Part shown: positions 51,477-60,127 of the stretch, piece by piece
Layout of the letters: every line of letters starts with the position of its first letter
Position numbering within the stretch: the stretch's first letter is position 1
Origin: Roseibacillus sp.
GTDB lineage: Bacteria; Verrucomicrobiota; Verrucomicrobiia; Verrucomicrobiales; Akkermansiaceae
Assembly (NCBI GenBank): GCA_965242925.1
Contig: CBDEUM010000038.1
Span: 160,001-224,000 of the forward strand
DNA: 64,000 nucleotides
Reading direction: 5' to 3'
The notes under the pieces: generated by a model
Database searches by the model: none
What the model saw: only the letters and a program-made list of their open reading frames with translations
Told to the model about the DNA's origin: nothing
Translations under genes and position numbers: made by a program

Positions 51477-52637
51477 ATGAAGAAAACATCATTCCTCTCC
51501 CTGATGATTGGGGCTTGCTGGTGGTGCGCCTTGGTTGGCGCGGGGCAGGCGCGCAGTCACGGCAAGGAAGCGAGGGAGGCCAGTCTGAAGGTTGAGTCCC
51601 TGCAGGAATTGGATCTGGCGATGGAGAAGGAGATCAGGGAGAAGAAAGTTTCCGGGGTGATCGGTCTCATCGGACGGAAGGGCAAGGTGGGCTACTACGA
51701 GACCTTCGGGCAACGTCACCTGGAAAAGGGTGAACCCATGGCCAAGGACAGCCTGTTGCGTATTTATTCAATGACAAAGCCGATCGTCGCGGTGACTGCG
51801 ATGGCGATCTGGGAGGAGGAAAAGTTCAAGCTTGATGATCCGATCTCGAAGCACCTTCCCGAGTGGAAGGAAGTGAAGGTGCGCGAGGGGGATAAGGAGG
51901 TCCCGGCCAGGCGTCCGGTTACGCCTCGCCACCTGATGACGCACACGACAGGGATTACCTATGACGGGAGGGGTCTGAAATTGGGCGGAAAGGATTCCCT
52001 TTCAGATTTCTCGAAATCCATGGCCAGTCGCCCGCTCGTCTTCCATCCGGGAGAACGTTATGCCTACGGGTATTCCCTGGATATTCTGGGGTGTTATCTT
52101 GAGGCGATCGAGGGGAAGACGCTCGATGTCATCATGCGGGAACGGGTTTTCGACAAGTTGGGAATGTCGGATACCGAGTTCTGGGTAAGGAAGGAGGAGG
52201 ATCGTGCACGGGTGGCACTGGTCTACCGGAAGAACAAGGACGGTGAGTTGCATCCTGCCATGGGCACAGATGAGGTGATGAAGCGACCCCCACGCATGAT
52301 GGGAGGGCAGGGATTGATTTCAACCACCGGGGACTACGCCAGATTTTGTGAGATGCTGCTCCGCAAGGGAGAGTTGAATGGGAAGCGCGTTCTCAAGTCG
52401 GAAACCGTTGACCTCATGCTCAAGAATCACCTCAAGGACATAGGGAAGGTTTACGGATTGGGTGGAATGGTGAATGGAAAAGGACGCTATGAGTGGGGCG
52501 GGGCAGCGGGCACCCGTTTCTGGGTGGACTGCGGGGAGGGACATTATGCAGTCTTCATGATCCAGAACTGGGGGCGCAAGCCCGGCACCTGGGACGTATT
52601 CAAGAAGCATGCCCGAGAGGCGCTGGCGGGCGAGTGA
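51477..52637 (+). CDS. Beta-lactamase family serine hydrolase
   Basis: Signal peptide; SMTK, LMTHTTG, YAYG, GGQGLIST, WGGAAGT. Confidence 0.9.
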   Translation: MKKTSFLSLMIGACWWCALVGAGQARSHGKEAREASLKVESLQELDLAMEKEIREKKVSGVIGLIGRKGKVGYYETFGQRHLEKGEPMAKDSLLRIYSMTKPIVAVTAMAIWEEEKFKLDDPISKHLPEWKEVKVREGDKEVPARRPVTPRHLMTHTTGITYDGRGLKLGGKDSLSDFSKSMASRPLVFHPGERYAYGYSLDILGCYLEAIEGKTLDVIMRERVFDKLGMSDTEFWVRKEEDRARVALVYRKNKDGELHPAMGTDEVMKRPPRMMGGQGLISTTGDYARFCEMLLRKGELNGKRVLKSETVDLMLKNHLKDIGKVYGLGGMVNGKGRYEWGGAAGTRFWVDCGEGHYAVFMIQNWGRKPGTWDVFKKHAREALAGE

Positions 52638-52762
52638 GGCTGTGGAGCAGGGCAGGATCCATCGCGCCCCGGCGTGAGGGACGCGATATTTCTGCATGGG
52701 CATGGGGTGACAGGAGGATGTGACTGCAACGACGGATTCTCCATGGCCATCCATTGGGATGA

Positions 52763-52792
52763 TTGACGACCAATACGGCTGAAAGGTAGTCT
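52763..52792 (+). promoter_or_regulatory. Putative sigma70 promoter of the DUF1549/1553-DUF1501 operon
   Basis: TTGACG-N18-TAGTCT. Confidence 0.5.
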
Positions 52793-52801
52793 GCGTGGGT
52801 C

Positions 52802-54593
52802 TTGAGATCTGGCCACCATCCCCGGATTGTGCTGTGCGCAGTGGGCATGTCCCTCTGCGGGTTGTCAGCCGGTCCCCTGCGTGAGGCGGATCTCTGGAGT
52901 GTGCAACCGTTGTCGTCCGAGGTGGAGGTCCCCGCGGTGGCAGACGACGATTGGGTGAATAATCCCATCGATCGTTTCATTCTGGCCAAGTTGGTGGAGA
53001 ACCAACTCAACCCCGTCAGGGAGGAGGCGGACCGCTACACCCTCATCCGGCGCCTCAGTTTCGGGTTGACCGGGTTGCCGCCCTCCTTAGCGGCCATTGA
53101 GCAGTTCGTGAACGACGGGGCGGAGGATGCCTACGGAAAGCTGGTGGGGAGACTTCTTGGGAGTCCGCATTACGGAGAGCGATGGGGACGTCACTGGCTG
53201 GACGTGGTCCGGTTTGGTGAAAGTGACGGGGTTCTCACCGTGAATGAAGACAAGGTGAGGGGCAATGCGTGGAAGTTTCGCGATGCTGTGATCCGTGCCT
53301 TCAATGAGGATCTGCCCTTTGACAAGTTCGTGCGCTATCAGGTGGGCGGGCCGATGGAGGACGAGTCGAAGCGTGATCGTTATGTGGAGCTCAGGCAGTT
53401 CATGCATCTGGGGACGAGGTTGCAGAACAACTCGGATCCCAATGACAAGCAGTTTCACCGTCTGGACGACATGGTGTCTACAACGGGAACCGCTTTCCTG
53501 GGGCTGACCTTCGGATGTGCGCGGTGCCACGATCATCCGGTCGATCCGATGAGCACGGAGGAGTATTACCGGGTTGCCGCATTCTATTTCGATCAGGTCA
53601 GGGAAGCGCCCAAGGCCTCTGCCAGAAAGATTGAACTCCGGGTCAAGGAGCCGCGGGTTCTCCTGAAGGGGAGTTGGAGGTCGCCGGGCAAGTCGGTTGA
53701 GCCCGGATTTCTCCAGGTTCTCATGAAGAAGGATGATCATTACTGGCGTGCAGGGTCCGGGAGCAAACTGGAGGCTCTCGGGCAATGGCTCACCGATCAC
53801 GAGGATGGAGCGGGACAGTTGCTGGCCCGTGTCATCGTGAACCGACTCTGGCACCATCACTTCGGTCAGGGCCTGGTGAGCAGTCCCAACGATTTCGGCA
53901 ATCTAGGCTCTCCGCCCAGTCACCCCGGGTTGCTTGATTATCTTGCCCGCTCCCTCATCGAGGGGGGCTGGCAGTTGAAGAATATCCAGCGGATGATCGT
54001 GACCAGCGCGACCTACCGGCAGTCGTCGTCTGCAGAGACCGCCTTCCTGGAGAAGGACGCCGAGAATACCCTGCTCTGGCACCGCCGTCCGCACCGACTT
54101 GAAGCAGAGGCCATTCGTGACCAGCTTCTCATGGTGGCCGGGGTGCTGCGCGGGGAGATGTTTGGACCGAGCATCTCCATTGGAAATTACAAGACCGAGG
54201 TGCGCGATGAACCAAAGAGTTGGCGGCGGTCCATCTATCTGCAGGCGCATCGATCCGCAAAACATCCGACCTTGAGCCTCTTTGATCCGCCGGATATGAA
54301 GCGGAGCGTGGGTTCGCGCAGCACCGGGGCGGATCCGGTGGGTGCGCTTTTCGCCCTGAATGCCCCGCTTGGGTGGGATCTTGCGAAGCGGCTGTCCAAG
54401 CCGTATTAAAGGGGAGGTCGGCAGTGACCGGGACGAGCAGATTGAGTTGGCTTATCTCCTTCTTCTCTCGCGATTACCGGACGAGGAAGAGCGAAAGCTG
54501 GGGAAGGAGATCCTGGCAGGAAGAAAGGAACGCTCCTTGGTGGATTACTGTCATCTTCTCCTTGGGTTGAATGAATTCATCTACATCAATTAA
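52802..54593 (+). CDS. DUF1549 + DUF1553 protein without N-terminal PSCyt1; one +1 frameshift at 54401-54402
   Basis: NPIDRFI, HYGERWGRHWLDVVRF, CARCHDHPVD, RRSIY. The C-terminus (RIKGEVG...LLGLNEFIYIN) is in the adjacent frame. Start uncertain (52802 TTG or 52847 ATG). Confidence 0.87.
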
Positions 54594-55989
54594 AGACCGG
54601 GTGCTGGGCCGCCGTGATTTTCTCGGACGCCTGAGTCTCGGGGGCATGGCGATGGCCTCGCATGGGCGGGGTGCCGTTCCGGTCCGGTCCTCGCACTACC
54701 GTCCCCGTGCGCGCAATGTCATTCTCCTTTTCATGTGTGGCGGGGCAAGTCACCTGGAGACCTTCGACTATAAACCCCAACTGAAAAAGTGGGCAGGGAA
54801 GCGTGCTGCTGACATTTTCAGCGAGGAGGAACTGCGGGGATTTAATCCCGAAAAGACGTTGGAGGGGTGCAGGATTCTGCCTTCGGTCTTCGACTTCAAG
54901 CAGCATGGCCAGTCCGGCGCCTGGGTCAGTGAGATCTATCCCAGGCTTGCCGAGGTGGTGGATGAGATTGCCTTTCTCAAGGCTGTGCACACCGATTCGG
55001 CGATCCACTCGGTCGGAGAAACGATCTGGCACACCGGCCATGCGCGTTCCGGGTTCCCGAGCATGGGTTCCTGGGTGACTTATGGCCTCGGAAGCGAGGG
55101 ACTGGACCTTCCTCCATACATTGTGATGAAGGATGGGATCTCCACTGCAGGTGACGGGGTGTTCCAGCAGGGCATGCTGCCCGGGAGGCACCAGGCGGCA
55201 GTGGCAAGAGTCGAAAAGGGAAGACCTCCCTTTCCGCACCTTGATCGGCAACCGGGCATGAGTCCGGAACGGCAGCGGGACCAACTGAATCTGTTGAATC
55301 AGCTCAATCGCCGACACCGCGACCGCTACCCCACCCAACCGGAATTGACCGGACGCATCGAAGCGCTGGAGATGGCCTGCAACCTGCAGCAGTCGGCTCA
55401 GGCGGCCTTCGATCTTTCCAGGGAGTCCGCCAGGATGCACGCGCTCTACGGGGACAGTCAGTTTTCGCGGCATTGCCTGACTGCGCGACGCCTGGTGGAA
55501 TCCGGGGTGCGATTCGTGGAGATCCTTGATGGGGCTACGGGACGGAAATGGGACGCGCATGGAAACCGGGGAGGACTCATTGACAACCATCGTAACAATG
55601 CCGGCCGAACCGACCAGGGAATCGCGGCCCTCATTCTCGATCTCAAGGCGCGGGGGATGCTGGAGGAAACGTTGGTTGTGTGGGCCACGGAATTTGGACG
55701 GACCCCGTTCGAGGAAGCCAACCGGGAAGTCAAGATCGGTCGGGGGCATCACCATAAGGGGTTCACCCTCTGGATGGCTGGCGGAGGGGTAAAAGGGGGG
55801 CTCAGCTTTGGCGAGACCGATGAATTCGGAATGCACGCCATGGAGAATGCCGTCCACGTTCACGACGTGCACGCCACCATCCTGCACCTCCTGGGACTGG
55901 ATCACAAGAGGGTCACGTTACGCCACAACAGCCGGGACGTGCGCCTGACAGATGTTTTCGGGAAAGTGATCCACGAAGTCCTGGCTTGA
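54571..55989 (+). CDS. DUF1501 domain protein (Tat signal)
   Basis: GRRDFL; ARNVILLFMCGGASHLETFDYKP, WDAH, TEFGRTP, GRGHH, RLTDVFG. Confidence 0.93.
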   Translation: MNSSTSIKDRVLGRRDFLGRLSLGGMAMASHGRGAVPVRSSHYRPRARNVILLFMCGGASHLETFDYKPQLKKWAGKRAADIFSEEELRGFNPEKTLEGCRILPSVFDFKQHGQSGAWVSEIYPRLAEVVDEIAFLKAVHTDSAIHSVGETIWHTGHARSGFPSMGSWVTYGLGSEGLDLPPYIVMKDGISTAGDGVFQQGMLPGRHQAAVARVEKGRPPFPHLDRQPGMSPERQRDQLNLLNQLNRRHRDRYPTQPELTGRIEALEMACNLQQSAQAAFDLSRESARMHALYGDSQFSRHCLTARRLVESGVRFVEILDGATGRKWDAHGNRGGLIDNHRNNAGRTDQGIAALILDLKARGMLEETLVVWATEFGRTPFEEANREVKIGRGHHHKGFTLWMAGGGVKGGLSFGETDEFGMHAMENAVHVHDVHATILHLLGLDHKRVTLRHNSRDVRLTDVFGKVIHEVLA

Positions 55990-56012
55990 GCTCGGGGGAC
56001 CCGGTTTCGGAG

Positions 56013-58058
56013 TCATTTCAACCACCCGGGGAGCCCCTTTGCGTCCACATTCCAGGCCTGGCGAGATGCCAGATTCAGGAGGGCGTCGATGTCGCCATAC
56101 TTGGCGGCACCGGGCATGAGGTCGGGGTGGCGGATGTCGTTCACCTTGATGAACTTGAATCCGGCGGATTCGATGGCCACCCGGTCGAGGGCTTCACCGG
56201 CCGCGAAGTTGGCGGCTGCAGCCCAGTGGCCGGCTCCCTTCAGGCCAACGAGATCGATTTTCTCTGCTCCGTGGTCATCAGTCCGGATCATTCGTATTGC
56301 GCTGAGGATGTCGTGGACTCTTTGCGCGAAGAGGGGACGATTGTAGCCGAGGGTATAGCAGGCCGCCTCGCGGGGGTTCCTGACCCGGCGGGTCTGGGTC
56401 AGGGGTCCACCATCCTTGAGAAACTCACCCTGCAGGAAGAGGTCAATTCCGCACACTGAGACCCCGTTCCGGAGGAGAGCCCGGACCTCTGACCGAGGAT
56501 TCCCCTGCTCATCGTAGAGGCCAGCCTTGCCGTGGGGGCTGAGGAAGATCGCGGCATGGTTTTTCCAGTTCCTTGGGTAGAGCCAGATCACGGGAACCTG
56601 TTCCCCGTGAGTCGTGTTGTTGTGGAATCCCGGCATCTCCAGGTAGGAGCCGCGATCCTTCTTGCTCATCAGTTGCCATTTCACATCACCAGAGTGGCCA
56701 GGTCTGGAAGCCAGGATCGAATTCCATCCCTGGCGGGCAATTTCAGGGCTGGCCGCGATCCTGGCACCGGATTCGGCGGCCAGCTTGGCGAGAATCCTGC
56801 GTTCGAAGTCAGCCCCGCCTGCAGGTTTGGGATGATTCTTGTCGAAGACGGTGAGCTCTTTTTCCGTCAGGCGCCTGTGAGGACGCTCCTTTTCCGGGGC
56901 CCTGGCCTCCAGGTTGAGGTGCTTGTTGAACCACTTGTACATGGCCTGGCGCGAGGGCAGGTTGTAGTTGTGGTCGAACTCAGTCCGGTCATGCAGCGTG
57001 ACATGGTCCGGAACCCCCAGGAGCTCGTAGGTTTTCCTGAGTTCGGGAAACCCCTTCCTGGACATCTCCTTGGTCCAGTCGTTGGCGGCGGTGAGAGCGA
57101 GTGGCTTGGGTGCGAAGAGCGCAGCAAAGGCGATGTTCCCCTCACTGATGCGCATGAGGGTGGAGTTCTCACAGGTGCATCCGCCCTGCATGGCAGTGCT
57201 GACCATCACGGCAGGCATGGACACCGCCACTCTGGGATCAAGTGCCGAGACGGCAAAACTCTGGGTGCCGCCGCCGCTTGCACCGGTCACTGCGATTCGG
57301 CGGTCGTCAACCTCGGGAAGGCTTTGCAGGAAGTCGATCGCGCGCATGGAGTTCCATGTCTGCAACATCATGATGCTCTGCAGGTGTGACTCCGCCTGCG
57401 GGCTGTAGAGCCCCCAGTTCTTCTCGGAGATCATTTCCGGCCGTTGCTTGGCGAAGCGATGGCCGATCTGGTAGGAGATCTGGTCGTTGTCGCAGTAACC
57501 GATCATGTCGTACTGAAGCACCGTGCACCCGAGGCGGGCGAGACCGACGCAACGCGACTGGATGTGGTTGCGGGCGCTTTCCACGTCGGTTTCCGCTCCC
57601 TGCTGGACCAGCTTTCTGGCGGCGTCTTCACCACAATCGAAGAATCGCGCCTCGTTCCAGTGACCGTGCGGGCAGATCACTCCTGGAATCTTCCCTTTCA
57701 CGGTCTTGGGTCGATAGAGGGAACCGGTGAGGAGGTAGCCCGGGCGGGTTTCGAAGTAGACCTTTTCGACCGTGAAATCCCCACCGTCGATCCGGCCGTG
57801 AATGACAGCGTTGAGCGGGTTGCGATCCGGTTCCGGGAAGAGACCGATCGCGACCTTGAGGTCATGACGGATCTTCTTGGCCCGTTTGGTCCACTGGTCC
57901 TTGGATCCGGGAGGCGTGAAGGGGAAATAGCCGTTGAGATCCCTGAGGGGAGCGAGGCGCTTATCGTTCGGGAGGGTGCCCTCCGGGAGGACCCGAGGCA
58001 CGGAAGCAGCGGCAAGGGAGGAACAGAGACTGGCGAGGACGAGGACGAGCGATTTCAT
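56013..58058 (-). CDS. Secreted acetylxylan esterase-like alpha/beta hydrolase (tandem domains)
   Basis: Start MKSLVLV; VEKVYFE, CPHGHW, TGASGGGTQ, GGCTCEN, HNY; second degenerate hydrolase domain. Confidence 0.85.
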   Translation of the reverse strand: MKSLVLVLASLCSSLAAASVPRVLPEGTLPNDKRLAPLRDLNGYFPFTPPGSKDQWTKRAKKIRHDLKVAIGLFPEPDRNPLNAVIHGRIDGGDFTVEKVYFETRPGYLLTGSLYRPKTVKGKIPGVICPHGHWNEARFFDCGEDAARKLVQQGAETDVESARNHIQSRCVGLARLGCTVLQYDMIGYCDNDQISYQIGHRFAKQRPEMISEKNWGLYSPQAESHLQSIMMLQTWNSMRAIDFLQSLPEVDDRRIAVTGASGGGTQSFAVSALDPRVAVSMPAVMVSTAMQGGCTCENSTLMRISEGNIAFAALFAPKPLALTAANDWTKEMSRKGFPELRKTYELLGVPDHVTLHDRTEFDHNYNLPSRQAMYKWFNKHLNLEARAPEKERPHRRLTEKELTVFDKNHPKPAGGADFERRILAKLAAESGARIAASPEIARQGWNSILASRPGHSGDVKWQLMSKKDRGSYLEMPGFHNNTTHGEQVPVIWLYPRNWKNHAAIFLSPHGKAGLYDEQGNPRSEVRALLRNGVSVCGIDLFLQGEFLKDGGPLTQTRRVRNPREAACYTLGYNRPLFAQRVHDILSAIRMIRTDDHGAEKIDLVGLKGAGHWAAAANFAAGEALDRVAIESAGFKFIKVNDIRHPDLMPGAAKYGDIDALLNLASRQAWNVDAKGLPGWLK

Positions 58059-58205
58059 GAGGGGAAGTGGGATTTCACCCGGAAAGAGCCTGCGGCGCAA
58101 TGGGCAATTATGGCTTCCCGTCCTGATCAGGGAGGAAGGAGGGAGCTCCGGTAACTCTTTCATTCACCTTGTCAAGCGGGTCCGCTTCGGGAAGCATCTG
58201 CGATC

Positions 58206-59066
58206 ATGAAACGTTTCGCCTCCCAGATTTTCATCGTTATTTCGCTCATCGCCGCCCTCACAGGTCCGGCCATCGCGGACAAGAAGAAGGTGGTTTTCCT
58301 GGCCGACGGTGGAAAGAACAGCAAAACCCATAATCATGTCCAGGGAAATGCCGTGCTTGCCGCAGCCCTGGAGAAAAGCGGGCTGGGATTCGAGACTGCC
58401 CAGTACAAGGGGTGGCCCAAGGAAGCCGATGCCTTTGCGGGAGTCGACTGTATCGTGATCTTCTGCAATGGGGGCGGGGGACATCTCATCATGAAGAACC
58501 TTGAGCAGTTTGAGAAGCTCATCGACAGCGGGGCGGGTTTGGTGTGCCTGCACTACGGGGTGGAGGTGCCCAAGGGGAAGGCTGGGGATCTCTTGCTCAA
58601 GGGAATGGGGGGCTACTTCGAGACTCACTGGTCGGTCAACCCGCATTGGACTGCCACTATTGAGCAGTTGCCGAAGCATCCCATCACCCGCGGGTGCACG
58701 CCCTTTGTGCAGAACGATGAGTGGTATTACCACATGCGCTTTGCCCCGGAGATGAAGGGAGTCACGCCTATTCTCTCCGCCCATCCGCCAAAGGAGACCA
58801 TGAAGCGTCCCGATGGCCCGCATTCAAACAATCCGCATGTCCGCAAATCGATGGCGGCCGGAGAGATCCAGCACATCGGGTGGGCCTACGAACGTCCGGG
58901 GGGCAAGGGCCGGGGCTTTGGAACGACGGGGGCACACTACCATGCCACCTGGGACAGCGATAACTGGCGCACCCTTGTTCTCAATGCCATCGCCTGGACA
59001 TCGGGTGTGCCAGTTCCGGAGAAAGGGGTGCCATCTGCGAAGAATCCGGTGAGCGGAGCGAAATAG
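58206..59066 (+). CDS. ThuA-like domain secreted protein
   Basis: Signal peptide; GLVCLHY, HPITRG, DEWYY, GRGFGTTGAHYH, LNAIAW. Confidence 0.85.
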   Translation: MKRFASQIFIVISLIAALTGPAIADKKKVVFLADGGKNSKTHNHVQGNAVLAAALEKSGLGFETAQYKGWPKEADAFAGVDCIVIFCNGGGGHLIMKNLEQFEKLIDSGAGLVCLHYGVEVPKGKAGDLLLKGMGGYFETHWSVNPHWTATIEQLPKHPITRGCTPFVQNDEWYYHMRFAPEMKGVTPILSAHPPKETMKRPDGPHSNNPHVRKSMAAGEIQHIGWAYERPGGKGRGFGTTGAHYHATWDSDNWRTLVLNAIAWTSGVPVPEKGVPSAKNPVSGAK

Positions 59067-59228
59067 ACTGGCGGTCCTCTTCTGCTCCGGTGGAGCTTTG
59101 CCTCGGAAAACGCAGCCTTGATAGCGTCGAACAACATGAAGAGGGGACCTTTTCGCCTGACGCAGGCCTCCCTCTTCAGCCCCGGGATGGGACTTGCCTG
59201 CAGTCCCGCCAAGCCCTAGAGGATCAGT

Positions 59229-60022
59229 ATGAGTTCGCCCAAGAGAGTCATTGTCCTGTTGTTGCCGCTCCTCACCCTCGGGCTACTTGTCCTGGTTGGA
59301 GGCGTGGGCACCGCCCAGAAAGAAAAAGGCCAAAGCAAGGGAAAGGCGATCAAGGCCCTGCTGGTCACTGGAGGGGGCTATCACGATTACAAGACCCAGA
59401 AGAAGATTCTCACGGAAGGGCATCAGCAAGCGGGCTGATGTGGAGTGGGACGTCTTCATGGGTGACGCCAAGCAGACCAAGGAGAAACTCAGCCAGAAGG
59501 ACTGGGCCAAGGACTATGATGTGATCGTCTACAATCTCTGCCATGCCCACGAAACCGACGGGAAGTTTGTGGAAGGACTGGGCAAGGTCCACCACGAGGG
59601 CAAAGCCGCGGTCGTGATCCACTGCGCGATGCACTCCTATCACTGGAAGATTCCAGGTGAAACCAAGCACTGGCCAGCCATGCTGGGAGTGACTTCGCCG
59701 CGGCACGGTCGTCACGCCCCCATCGAGGTGACCAACCTGGCGGCAGACCATCCCGTCATGAAGGGATTTCCTTCGGGAAAATGGAAGACGCCGAAAGGGT
59801 GAACTCTACCACATCAAGAAAGTCTGGCCTACCGCCAAGGTTCTGGCCAAGGGAAGCATCGATGGGGGGAAGGCCTTCCACGATTGCGTGTGGGTGAACG
59901 AGTACGGCAAGGGCAAGGTCTTCGGCACCACCCTGGGCCACCACAACGAAACGATGCAGGAAGAGGTCTATCTCAACCTCGTTGCACGTGGGTTGCTCTG
60001 GACTGTGGGCCAGTTGAAGTAA
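59229..60022 (+). CDS. ThuA-like domain secreted protein; two +1 frameshifts (59418-20, 59797-99)
   Basis: ALLVTGGGYHDY / IHCAMHSY..HPVM / GELY...WVNEYGKGKVFGTTLGHHNETM...RGLLW lie in three successive frames; TAA at 60020-60022. Confidence 0.82.
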
Positions 60023-60127
60023 AACCCGGCATGCCGCGGAAGCCGAAAAATCGGAGGCAAATCCTTCTCCCGGGGCTGGGCGGATGGTTCGGGCAGGGAA
60101 GGCTGTTTTCGCCAAGGTAGATTCATC

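Noticed and set aside
29048..52637. Two beta-lactamase-family genes as antibiotic resistance determinants
   Set aside because: Their motifs fit the broad esterase/serine hydrolase family common in PVC genomes, and there is no mobile context.
59797..59802. TGA at 59800-59802 in the second ThuA gene as another Sec codon
   Set aside because: The protein continues in a different frame (GELYH...), so this is an indel, and the position is not a Cys site.
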